The translations under genes and the position numbers were made by a program. Positions 51,250-62,509 of a stretch of 64,000 nt of DNA are shown piece after piece; the stretch's first letter is position 1; every line of letters starts with the position of its first letter. Source of the DNA: Lama glama (taxonomy: Eukaryota). The notes under the pieces were generated by a model. It searched no databases. It was not told where the DNA came from and was given only the letters and a program-made list of their open reading frames with translations. The DNA lies in the NCBI GenBank assembly GCA_028534125.1, contig CM052832.1, forward strand, positions 9,674,001 through 9,738,000, written 5' to 3'.

Positions 51250-52233
51250 CACCAGAGAGGCCCCCTCGAGTGGCCTCCGACAGCAGAGGAGGGGACACTG
51301 CCACCCCCCTCCCTGCCAGCAGGAAGGAACCACGCCACATCTGAAGCCTGAGGGGGCTCCTCCTTACTCACCCCTTGTGAGCCGAAGGGGTCAGGTCCTA
51401 CCTATCCCTGCAGTGTGCACTAAGGGGACCATCCAGCTGCATCTAGTGGCCAGACGACTCTTTCTCCCTGCATCTAACCAGGTCAGCTCCTTCCCATTCT
51501 AGCTGGGGATGGGCCAGGCTGAGGCTGACCAGAGATGAAATTGAAGTTGGTAAAGTACCCGTACCAGCAATCGTTTTGGGAGCTCCCTTATCCCTGGGGC
51601 TCTCAACTGCCAAAATGCCCTGGTGCCTTGTAAAGGTGTTACACCTTCTAGTTACTACATTTAGATTGGGGTCTTTCTGAAGAATCCTCAGATGTTCTAG
51701 ACATGTGTGAGGAGAATCTGGACATCTCTTCTCAAGGCACTTGGAGGCCCCTGCATAATCCGTGCTCACAGCTGCTCCTAGAGGGAGGGGCCTGGCCTCT
51801 GTCCGAGGGGCAGGAACCAACCTCCTTGCTTTGCTTTCTGCTCAGCTTCTCCTGTGTGATTGAGGGGAAGGGGGGGAGGGGCACTGCCGAAGGAAGAGGT
51901 TGTTTTAATTTATTAATTGCTTTGAGTATAAGAGGGTGTGGTGGGGCCCATTTACCCCAAAAGTGGTGGTGACCCTGGTGGTTGCTGCATCCCTCCCCTC
52001 TGCTACTGGCTGGAGGACCTGTGTGGCCGAGGAGCTGCTACAGCCTGCGGTGGGGCCGTGCCCTCCTCTCCCTTTGGTCCTCTGCCCGGTCCTCCAGGGT
52101 GGGGGATGAAGCAGGGATGACCTGGAGGTGACTGAGCTCCCTGTCTGGAGAGGGGGGCAGAAGCCCTGTTGACACAGGTCTTTCCTGAGGCCACAAGGTC
52201 CAGGCTGGTGGCTCAGGACCATCATGCTACCTT

Positions 52234-52253
52234 AATAAAGATTCTGGAATAAA
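52234..52253 (+). terminator. CCND3: CCND3 polyadenylation signals (tandem AATAAA)
   Basis: AATAAA at 52234-52239 and 52248-52253, about 1 kb after the stop, followed by a T/GT-rich tract (ggctttggcttcttgg). Confidence 0.85.
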
Positions 52254-52348
52254 ACTGGCTTTGGCTTCTTGGATTGGAATGATGGGATGGGCAAAAACCT
52301 ATTTCTGGACTGCATGGGGTAAAGAAGGCAGAAATCAATGGTCTTAAG

Positions 52349-53281
52349 CAGGGGTTGTCAAGCCTTTTCTATAAAGGACCAGTAAATACTTTAGGCCTTG
52401 TGGGCCCTATGGTCTCTGCCCCAGATATAGTCAGTTCTGCATTATAATGTGACGTGCACGTTCCTAAAAATCACTGCACCATGCAAAATTGCACAATAAA
52501 AACCACAGGGCTCAAGGGGAAAATGGGGCTTGAGGAACAATACTCAAAATCTTAATGAGTGACACATTTTTTTAAAAGAAAGAGGATAGCCATTTGTACA
52601 TATTAAATGGTTAAGAAACACATACTACAATAAATATGGCCCTTCATCTTGAAAAACAAACACCTGAAGTTTGCTTGTGGAAGCAGAGGTTGGAAGGATG
52701 TGGAAGGTGGGTTGTAATGCCAGATGTGGGTGTGGCTCCCAACCCACAAGGTGAACGAGTAACTGGTACTTGTTGGAGGTACCTGCATTTTGTGTGTTCT
52801 CTGGCTTGGCTCAGCGGGGTACAGTCTCCTGCTCTCATCTAGTGTTTCTCAAAGACAAAACTGCATATAAATGTGAAATTTGGGCAGAGGGTATATAGCT
52901 CAGTGGTAAAGTGCATGAAGTCCTGGTACCTCCACCAAAAGTAAATAAATAGATAAACCTAATTACCCCCCCCAAATCTTTTAAACGTGAAATTTGCCTT
53001 ATGATCAAATTCTTCCCAAACAACAAAGGTTCTAGCCAGATTGTACCCACCTCTGCTGCTGTAACATCAGAGTGGCCACAGAAAACATGTAAACGGGGGT
53101 GGGGGTGGGGGCGTGGCTGTGTCCTAATAAAACTTTATGGACACTAAAATCTGAATTTCATATAATTTTCACCTATCACAAAATACTGTTCAATTTCCCC
53201 AACCATTTAAAAATATAAAAATCATTCTTAGCTCACAGGCCATAAGGAAAGGGACATTTGACCCTCATCTGCCAACCCCCG
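52349..53281 (+). mobile_element. MER58B-like hAT MITE split by a MER82-like (Tigger-type) element at 52428-53043
   Basis: Ends caggggttgtca...tgccaaccccc(g). The inner element is bounded by TA duplications. Confidence 0.75.
52883..52981 (+). mobile_element. tRNA-Ala-derived SINE (Vic-1-like), internally deleted
   Basis: A box present, anticodon arm and B box missing. TSD taaa(t/c)gtgaaatttg at 52868-52882 and 52982-52996. Confidence 0.85.
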
Positions 53282-53683
53282 GGCTAAAACTTTCATTAGC
53301 TAAGAAACTTAGAAAGGGAACTGGTCTGGTGGTGACCCTGGATCCAGTCATTCCTGGGCCTAACCTTTCAGGCTTCTATCTCCACTTTCCTCTGGGGGCC
53401 TTCTCCTAGCTCTTTCATCCACAGCTGAGACTACCTTGAACAATCTCTTGACTGCTGGCATTCTTGCAAAGTAGCCTGTGTCAGGGGAATGCAGAGGAAA
53501 GGTCCCGCTTAGAGAAACAAACTTGCAGAATAAGAAGGGTGGGGATCCCATGTAAATCGCTTAAGAATCTACTCCTACACAGAGCAAGGCAGTAGTGCCC
53601 ACCTCCAGCTATAGAGGGCAAGCAGAAAGATCTCCATCCATCACATCAAAACACTGAAGTTCAATAAATACCCACCTTTTGTT

Positions 53684-53689
53684 TTTATC
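53684..53689 (-). terminator. BYSL: Probable BYSL poly(A) signal (variant GATAAA)
   Basis: Minus strand reads gtgGATAAAaacaaaaggtgggtatttattgaacttcagtgttttgatgtg: a variant hexamer followed by U/GU-rich sequence. No AATAAA/ATTAAA seen on this strand between 54004 and about 51915. Confidence 0.5.
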
Positions 53690-54003
53690 CACATTCCAGT
53701 GACCAAGTGACAAAAGCCTGAGAAAAAGTACCTATTCCAACCCCCAGCTGGGACCTGGGAGTGCTAGGGTGTGGCATCTCAAGTCAGATCCCAGAACTGA
53801 GCAGGGATGCAGGCCCAGAATGGAAGGAGGAGCCAGCCAGACTTGGGCCTCCCTGACAGGTGCTGGAGAGTCAGATGCCCGTGACCTCTCACAGCCCTCA
53901 ACTGGGTCTTCAGCTGGAAAGGCTCAGTGTCACTTTTAGTCACCAACAGGAATCCTGGTGTCCTCCCATGCCCACCCCTCAGACGAGGACAAGTGTCACT
54001 TCC

Positions 54004-54349
54004 TCACTCCATGGTGGCAGGAACATCTTCTACATCTCGAGGGACGGCACTCTGAAGCTCACGCCTGATCTCTGGAGACAGTTGGGGATGGGGCTGCAGC
54101 CGGAGCAGTTCCAGGAGGGCCTCTTTCTGCTCCGTGGCCAGGTCTGCCTTATAGCGCTGGACCAAAGTCAGGAGGCACTGGTGCCAAAGCACGGGCAGCT
54201 CACGCTTCTCCGTTCGGAAGCCTAGGAAGTGGAAGACCAGGGCGTCCAGCACCCGGTAGGGCAGCGCGTACTTCTTATCCAGTAGCAGCCGCAGGAAGAT
54301 GCTGTTGGCACCGCTGTACTCCATCTCTGCAATCTTCAGCATGGCTGCG
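54004..54349 (-). CDS. BYSL: Bystin, coding exon 7 (last)
   Basis: [30 protein letters not shown]...[10 protein letters not shown] then TGA, 346 nt. Total CDS 1308 nt = 435 aa. Confidence 0.97.
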
Positions 54350-54798
54350 CTGGGGGTGGGGGGGAGACGCTGGAGGAAAATTCTCTGCCTTCTCTTCCAG
54401 CCCTCACACTCTGCTATTCCTAAAGGGGAAGTCTCCTCCATTCTTCTCACCCACTCAGTCTTACACCTGCCGGACTCCAGTTACCAGCCCTATGCTGAGT
54501 CAAGCCAAATCCCTACCTCTGGTGCAGACTGCTGGTCTCAGTATCCGACTAGAATATGTCCAAATGCCCTGAGATCGCCACTCCTGACATACTTTCTTCC
54601 CATGTTCCCCATTCATTCACACAACTATTTACTGAGCATCTACCATGTGCCAGGCCCTGGGAGCCTGTTCCTGGAGGACTGACATTCTTGTGGAGTAATG
54701 ATATACCCACTGGCTTAAATGAGCCACAAATTCAGGCTATGCTTAGGTCCTTCCCTACTCTGTTCCCCCACCACTCCCTCCACCCTCACCAACACTAC

Positions 54799-54901
54799 CT
54801 GGAATGCAGCACCGGGATGGAGCATTTGGTGATGATGCTACCTACGATGATGGCTTCCCGGAGGGTACAGGTGCCCGACTCGCACAGCGGGATCAGGATC
54901 C
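54799..54901 (-). CDS. BYSL: Bystin, coding exon 6
   Basis: [33 protein letters not shown](S), translated by hand, 103 nt, cag| acceptor and |gtagtg donor. Confidence 0.96.
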
Positions 54902-55005
54902 CTGGGGAGGGGCAGAGGGACAGTCACTCTGAGCCCAGGGTGAGATAAAGGAGGTACTGTCGGGGCTCAACCTCTCTCTCTCTTAACCGCCTCCTGGGCT
55001 CCCAC

Positions 55006-55166
55006 CTTTAAACCAGGCTCCAGGCTTGAACAGAGCCTTCTTGAGGGCCATGTAGAGGTGGAAGTTGAGTCGTTTGTATTCAGCAATGTCGTCTCGCACC
55101 CGGGGGAGAAGCACCAGGTTGTAGAAGCGCTGGGCCATACGTTCCTTTAGGTTAGAGGCGAAAATC
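55006..55166 (-). CDS. BYSL: Bystin, coding exon 5
   Basis: [26 protein letters not shown]...PGAWFK(G), 161 nt, tag| acceptor and |gtggga donor. Confidence 0.97.
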
Positions 55167-55731
55167 CTAGTGTTTTTGGAGGGAAGTGGGGGGAGATCAT
55201 AGGTTACCTGGTAGTCACCCTTTAAATATCGCTGTGGACAGTACATGCCGGAGACGAAGGGCATGTGGGAATGAGCTGCATGCAACAGCCTGGTCAGATT
55301 AGAGAGGGAACAGGAGGGGCTGTGAGACATACCCAAACAGGGTGAAAACACTGTCGTCTCTGGGTGAGCCGGAACTCTCCCAAACAAGACAGGAACACAG
55401 CTGTTTACCTTCCTGTCTCCATCAGGGGTCCCCTCTACCCTGCTGTCACCCATGCACACTAAGGGAGCCACCAACCTCTGAGGCCACCCTGACACCCCAG
55501 GGTGGTATCCCCATAGTTGGGAGCCTCTCCCCTAGGACCTCATCAAAGGAGATTTTTAACAGGGTCTTGGCCCCAAAACAGCAAACAAGAAAATGGTGAC
55601 ATGGAGAAGCACAGAACAGAGCTCTGAGGGCAGAGCTGGGATGTAACGGCAAAAGGAGGGAGAGCCCGTACTTCTCACACCCAGCCCTTCCCTGCAGAGC
55701 CAAGGCTGCCCTGATCCCCCATCTTCTCTAC

Positions 55732-55865
55732 CTCGTGGCTTGGTACATGGCAGCTGCGGTCCAGGCCTCGGGCTCTGTGACGTAGAGGATTTGCTCCCAG
55801 TTGGACAGGGCAGGGATGATCTTAAACGCCTTGGGCAGTTTCCCACTGCGGTACTTGGACAACAC
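55732..55865 (-). CDS. BYSL: Bystin, coding exon 4
   Basis: [27 protein letters not shown]...AMYQAT(R), 134 nt, cag| acceptor and |gtagag donor. Confidence 0.97.
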
Positions 55866-56166
55866 CTGGGGATGAGAACAAAACTCATCGTCATTAACAC
55901 ATGCTGCTTGCCAGGTGCCACGCGCCAGGTATTTGTCTGGGTGCCTCTCATACATTAGCTCACTCAATCCTCACAACAAGCCTGGAAGGAGATGCTGCCA
56001 TCAGCCTCATTCTCCAGGGACCAGAGAGACCAGAGTCAGCAGGCAGCAGAGCAGGAACCCGAAGCCGTGCACTCTGACCCTGAGCCCACTCTCAGCCACC
56101 AGGCCTTGTTTCTACAAGACGTGGGCCCCCACAGCCCCTGTGAGGGTGTCCCATCATGACTCTTAC

Positions 56167-56305
56167 CTCCCGGACCCCTCGGTAGACCTCCAGGACCCGG
56201 GGGTCCAGCTGGGGCAGAGGGAAGCCTGACACCTCAGACATGACCGTCTCGACCTCTGTCTGCTTCTCAGTCAGCTTCTCCATGATGATGTCAGCCAGGG
56301 TGCGC
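56167..56305 (-). CDS. BYSL: Bystin, coding exon 3
   Basis: [24 protein letters not shown]...YRGVRE, 139 nt, cag| acceptor and |gtaaga donor. Confidence 0.97.
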
Positions 56306-57825
56306 CTGGGATGAGAGGAGGGAAGAGGGCGTAAGTGCCGCACTCACAGTCCAGGACTCTCAGCGCCCCCATGGTCCCCCGTGAGCACCGATAAACCTGC
56401 GATCTGGCTGGGATGCCTCAGTCCCCTTCTGGGCCCAACCGCCTACCACAGAGTCTCTGCAGAGCACAGAGGACAGGGGAGTCATTCAGCTCAGGACGAA
56501 GCTGACAGCTGTGTGGAGGCTAGGAACCTGGACTCTGAAGTCAGTCCGCCTGGGTTCAAATCCCGGCTTCTCCGCTCCCTATGTGACCCTGGGCATGCTA
56601 CTCTGTCTCTCTATGCCTCACTTTCCTCACATGTAAGACAGGAGTAACAAACTACCTGCCCTCGTAAAGTTAACATGAGGATTAAATGAGTTAATGTCTG
56701 TATGTGACTGCTGGTACAGAACAACTGCGTAATCACTGCTGCCAACCGTGAACACACCCACCGCTGATATGCTGAGGTCTCTCCAATTACAAAGTCCTGC
56801 GCTGACCTCTCCAGAGGGCCAGACACACTTCAGTCATATACCAAGATCACCAGCAGCTGGGATCGTAAGGGAGAGACTATGGCACCAACTTTCCCCCATT
56901 TTAATTCATTAAAATTAATGGAAATAGGAAATCAATGACCTATTTTTCTCAGCCTCCTTAAACAGTATCTGATTGTGATGATTCAGAATTATTGTTACAT
57001 TGGGCCTTGGCGTAATAATGGCATCTTCAGGGGCTACCAAAGTCTTTGGAAAGCGGCTCCCGTTTTCAGAGGGCAGGACTTTCCAGATGTTCTCTCACAT
57101 TGTCTGTGTGACACCTGTGCGAGGTGTGGTTATTCCCCTTGTTCAGACCTGGGAACTGACACTCAGAGAGGTCAGGAACTCACCCAAGGTCCCACAGCTC
57201 TCAAGTGGAGGAAAGAGTCAAAGCCTGCTCTTTCAGGGTCTGAAGTTCAGGTACTTTACAGTATGTACGTGCCCCCAGACTAAATGGCCTTTGACTGCTA
57301 ATTCAGGTGGGTCTAGCTTGCTCTCTGAGGATGCCAGCTGCCACTTCTCAAGACTGTCAGGAGTACCTGTTCCTAGGAGCTTTATTCCTTTATTGACAAC
57401 AAGCTGGAAAACCATTCTGCCAGGTTGTCAGAATGAGCAGTCAGAGAGGAGTCACAAACCTGAGTGAGAACCTGAAGGCTCTCTGGTGGGACAAGCACAC
57501 ACTCTATGACATCTACTCCAGCTGCTGGGCATCAGTCTGGGAAAGGGGCTCATTTCTTCATTTTGCCTCTCAAGTTTGCTGCCACAGAACTTAACACTGT
57601 CTTTTCACAGTATTATTAGCAATGACCGGTGCACTAATCCCAAACAGCCTGAAGAACCAAAAGCAATGTCATGCTAATATCGCAGGGTCAAGATGAACTG
57701 ACTGAGGGACTTTATCCCTGATTCCCTTTCCCTGGGCCAAAACCCATGGGCTCAGGAGTTTGACCACAGGAACTTAAAAGCCTGCATGTTTTGGACCTAG
57801 CACTTAACTACAGATGAGAATAAAT

Positions 57826-58042
57826 CAGCGGTTCTAACTTGGGGTGATTTTTGCCTCCCAGGGGACATTTGGCAATGTCTAGAGACACTTTTGGGTGTCA
57901 CAACTGGGGAGAAGGTCACTGCTGGTATCTAGTGGGTACACGTCAGGGATGCTGCTAAATACCCTACATTGCACAGGACAGCCTCAACCAAAAAGAATTA
58001 TTCAGCCCCAAATGCCAGCAGTGCTGAGGCTGGAAAACCCTG
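57826..58042 (+). mobile_element. Full-length MER20 (hAT-Charlie) in BYSL intron 2
   Basis: cagcggttct...ggggacatttggcaatgtctagagac...cagggatgctgctaaa...ccccaaatgccagcagtgctgaggctggaaaaccctg. Confidence 0.88.
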
Positions 58043-58450
58043 TATAAAATGAAGCTCAGAGTATGAAAGGGATCTGGCCAAGGAAATTGAGCTTACCACT
58101 AAGAAAACTGAGCATAGCAAGAACAAACGCAACAGGACGGGTCTCCCAGAGACAGAATGAGGACCTGAAGCTGTCTCCCCAGGTAATCCAGGCAGCTCTA
58201 AGTCAGGTGGCCAGAGGAGGAGGAGGTATTTTGAGTCTGGGTCATTCTCACTTAGAGTGGTCCTTTGAGGATGGGCCACTTTTCTCAAGGCAGACCCCAA
58301 CAAGAGCCCCACAAATGGCAACGCTCAGGCCCTTCTCAAAGGTAGGGAATCAAAACTGCCAGGACATACGCTTCTCTGAGTATGAGGTTGTTCCCTATAA
58401 AGTTGCTGCTGGGACCCGCTCTCCCAAATCGCAGGCTGTGCCAGCCTTAC

Positions 58451-58607
58451 CTGGCAGGAGGGTTCTTGTTCATGAATATCTCAATGGCACGCTCATCCTC
58501 AGGGTCCACAGCCACCTCTGCATGGTAGTCTGGCCCTGTCATTGTGGCAGCTTTCTCCAGGGTGGGCCACTCCTCGTCATCTGATCCATCCTGTGGCATT
58601 CCTGGAC
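58451..58607 (-). CDS. BYSL: Bystin, coding exon 2
   Basis: Acceptor cttccag|[22 protein letters not shown]...NKNPPA(R), 157 nt, donor AG|gtaagg. Confidence 0.96.
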
Positions 58608-59919
58608 CTGGAAGAGGGATGATGAAACAGGTGAGCATGGCAAGCAGTGGGTGAGGAATCCAGAGGTTAATTTAACTTTAACCACCATGTATATGGTCCT
58701 GGTCTTATACATACTTGTAACAGACAACAGACGTGTGTGGTGAGACACATGATGCACATGCTATCTGCTGGTCCCCATGAGTGTACAATCTTGCTTGAGA
58801 AACAGAATTTATACATATGAACCAATGAGACAGTGATAGTAATAAATAATAATTAACAATTATACTCAGTTATGTGGCACGAACTGTTCTAAACACTATT
58901 ATCATCACACCCTCAGGAAGTAGGTACTGCTATACCCAGTTTCAGATGTGGATGCTGAAGAACAGAAAAGTGACTTGCCTAAGGCAGGCTGCCTGGGTCT
59001 AGATGTGCATTCTTCTCTCTTCTGCACACATGGCGGGGCTTGGCTATATGCTAAAATGGTGGAGACGGTTTATACCACAGAAGGGACTCAGGTGATGAGT
59101 GCTGCAGATGGTTAGGCTCTGGACAGGCAGTATGGGAGCTGGAGGGGTGTGTTCCAGACCCAGGTAACAACACTGGCAAGAGGGCTTGTCTGTTAGGCAG
59201 TGGCAAGAAATAAGACTAGATGGGTAGAGGCTAGGGAGTGGAGTTGAGATTTCAATGGACAAACCCATCTGAGTAACTGATTACTGGAAGGCTACAGCTG
59301 GCTGAGCACCTGGGAAGGGATGTAATAATCTCAGTGGGGAAATAAAGTGTTACCACATGAGCAGGTCATTAGGAAGAGAGGCAGTGTGCCAAAAGCTACA
59401 TAAGGTTGGGAGGGGTACACAAGCCAGGCATTTTGTCTCTACATGCTAGTAACTCCCAAGGATGCGCCTGTAGGTGGATCTCCCTTGGCTCCAGACCCTA
59501 ACTCCAGCTTCTCCTCTACAAAGGCACTTCAACCATCACCTGTCATCAGCCAAACTCACTCCCTTTCCCTCACAGGTCTACACTACTCACTGTGTTCCAC
59601 ATCCAAGTAAATGGCACCACCAACCAGCCAACTTTAAGCCAGACCCTGGGTGGCAGGCCTGCCTTGTCCCCTGCCCCTACTCCCAGCACCCAATCAATTA
59701 CTAAGTCCTATTCGACTGTACTTCACAGAATTTCTCAAAGCCTTCACAGCCCTGTCGAAGCCCAGGTCAGTATCATCTCTTGCCTGGATTAATTTGACAA
59801 TCCCCTAACTGTTCTCCGTATTCTCCAGCAGTCTCCCACTGTCCTTAGGGCAGCTTTTAATCCTGGGCATGGCCTCCACATCTTTTGTAGATCTGGTTCC
59901 TACCTACCTCACCATCATT

Positions 59920-61090
59920 CATTCAGCAAACACTGAGTGCCTGCTCTACGTGAGGCACTGTTCTAGGCACTGGAGCTATATTAGCTAACAAGAGAGACAA
60001 AAACATTTTGTCCTTATAGAGCTTACATTCTAATGGAGGAGACAGACAATAAAGTAATATAATACACATTAGGTTAAAAAAAAGTGCTATGGAAAAACAT
60101 ATATGGCAGAGTAGAGAAGTTGGGAGTGTGGAGACAGCGTGGGGGTGTTGCATTTAACAGAATGGTCAGGGTAGGCCTCTCTGAGAAGGGGAAGAATGGA
60201 GGGAGGAAATCTACAGGCGTATGAAGACAGAAGGTACCACCAGGGCAAAGGCCCTAACTTGCCATGTTTAAGGAACAATGAGGCCTGTATGGCTGGAGTG
60301 AAGAGGGCAAAGGGAAAGTGGGAGAAGAGGTCAGACTGGCAACAGGGGCACGGCATATAGGCCTTCGTAGACCACTGTAATCCACAAGCTGTTGAGTTGA
60401 GTGGACTGTAGTGGGTATGGGTTACTAATTAGGGGGCTATTGTAATCATTCAGGTGGGAGATCACCGTGGCCTGAACAGGATGGTGGTGTTCTAAGGTGG
60501 TGAGAAGTAGTCTGATTCCAAACATATTTTTAAGATTAAATCAACAGGATTTCCTAATAGATCAGAAGTGGAATGAAGAGGAGGGGAGCCTGAAGTTTCT
60601 GTCTTGAGCAAATAAATGGAAGGATATCATGGCAGTAATTGAGAATGAGGCAGAAAGCTGGGGGGAGCAGATCTGGAGCAGGATTTCTGTTCCAGACATA
60701 TTAAATTTGAGACGTCTATTAGACTTCAAATTGGAGATGCCAAATAGGCAGCTGAAATGTAAGAATTTGGGTTTCATAAAAAAGGTCAGGGCTAGAATAT
60801 GAACTTAGAAGCAGTTACCACTCATGGTATTTAAACCTTGAAACTGATGACAGCATCAGAGCAGTAAACAGAAAGGAACAGAAGAGGTCAGAGGACTGAA
60901 CCCTATGGCACTGCACCGTTAAGAGGTTGGGGACAAAAGGAGCCAGCAGAGAATACTAAGGTGAGGAAGTAGTAAAACAGTTAGAAACCAAGTAAAGATA
61001 CAGGAGGCTAGTGTTCAGCTGTGAACACTGCTCACAGGACTAATGAAAGATGAGCTCTGAGAAATGGATTAAGCAACCTGGAGGTCAAAA
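59920..61090. mobile_element. L2 fragment in BYSL intron 1
   Basis: cattcattcagcaaacactgagtgcctgctct...gcactgttctaggcactgg is the L2 3' end. Confidence 0.8.
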
Positions 61091-61717
61091 CTCCCAGCGT
61101 GTTAAGAAAAAATTGACCATCTTTTAATTAATCCCTCTCCCTAAACACTACTGTTCTTTCTGCTCAGGGCACCCCCCACTTTTCAGGTCTCAGCACAAAG
61201 GTCGTGTAATCTGGGAAGCCTGACCCCCAACACTAATGCTATTGTTATCAGAGAAACTGCACTTTCTCACGGAGTGTATTATTCAAATTGTCTATTTGTC
61301 TCTCTCTTGGTGTGGATTTCAAGATCCTGAAATCAGGTACCCGTCTATCTTGCTTACTTCTTTACCTAAAACATCTAAATTCCTAGCATAGTGGTATGTA
61401 CGTGGTAGACATACCATCAAATAATTATAGAACAAAAGGATAAATGCTAGAACTTATTGACGTTAGCGATCACTTCCTGTTGGCCTAACCTCGGGGCTGC
61501 CTGAAAGCGAGTGCCTAAAAGTAGGAGTGGGCGTGGAGGGCTCTGACCACCATAAATCCGCCCCAGGGCTGGGTCTCTCATTCATACCTCTGCAAGGGTG
61601 TAATACGTAATGCCCCCCTCTTTTAAAAAATATTTCAAGTTATTCCCCTACCGGACACCTTTCAGCTGTCCACCCCGACTACCCACCCTCTTCCTCGCAC
61701 CCACCCCCACCACTCAC

Positions 61718-61985
61718 CCAGCCGCGTAGTGCGCTCCCGCGGCGCCGCAGGCCTGTCCGCAGTCCCATGCTCGGCCTCGAGCTCTTCCTGCTGCTGCCGC
61801 GCTTGCTGCAAAATCCGTCGGGTCAGCCGCGGCCCAACGTACTCTTCCTCCTCTTCTCCGGTTCCGCGACCGCGCCGCTTTTCCCGGGCCCCTGCCCGAA
61901 CCGCGTCCCCAGCCAAGATTTGCTCGGCCAAGGGCGCATGCTTTTCCTGGCTCCCGGCCCCGCGGGCCGCCTTGAATTTGGGCAT
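61718..61985 (-). CDS. BYSL: Bystin, coding exon 1
   Basis: ATG at 61985 (gtaaaATGc). [24 protein letters not shown]...RERTTRL(G), 268 nt, donor G|gtgagt. Confidence 0.97.
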
Positions 61986-62495
61986 TTTACTTGAAAACGT
62001 TGCCGGGAAGTTACACACGTGGGGACGAAGGAAGAGCCCTGAGTGCGCTTGCTCAGTGAACTCCAAGTGCCCAAGAGGCCACACGGGGAGCACAACGCCC
62101 TCTCGCGTTCGGAGGCCGAAAGTACCACCAGCACCGCCCCACCTCCTAAAAGAGCTCACAGTTCCTAGAGCTGGATTTCAGAATAGACTCATTGCATTTA
62201 ACGTTGGCTTCTCTAAGTGGTGGCAGTCCGAGCCACGCTTCCCTAGCTTCCTGGATCCAGGCCCAGTGTGCCCAGCCAAGTGGGAATTCCCCGAGAAGCG
62301 AGTCGGGCAGTGACGTCACTGGAGGCGCCCAGACACGCCCCCTTCCCTCGTGGGCGTGTCGACTGGGCGCTCTGGTTTTACGTTATTTCCGGAGCGCCTC
62401 CCCCCACCGAAGCTTGCATTAAGTAGGTGGCTTCACCAAGTCTGGGCTGCGGGAGAGTACTGCGTTTCAGCTGTTTGATCTTGCCATCCTCCACC

Positions 62496-62509
62496 ATGGG
62501 AGTGACTTG
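62496..62509 (+). CDS. MED20: Mediator subunit 20, first coding exon (MGVT + first two bases of C); rest of gene lies beyond the window
   Basis: Strong Kozak context ccaccATGG, then ATG GGA GTG ACT TG|gtagga. Matches the MED20 N-terminus MGVTC and the known head-to-head synteny with BYSL. Confidence 0.88.

Noticed and set aside
51050..51502. 150-aa alternative-frame ORF over CCND3 exon 5 and 3' UTR
   Set aside because: GTG start inside the intron, low complexity, and no splice route into this frame seen.
53663..53668. AATAAA near the BYSL 3' end
   Set aside because: It is on the + strand, the wrong strand for BYSL; at most a distal CCND3 signal.
61986..62159. 58-codon in-frame N-terminal extension of bystin
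   Set aside because: Starts at GTG, has no recognisable similarity, and the conserved start MPKFK has an adequate Kozak context.
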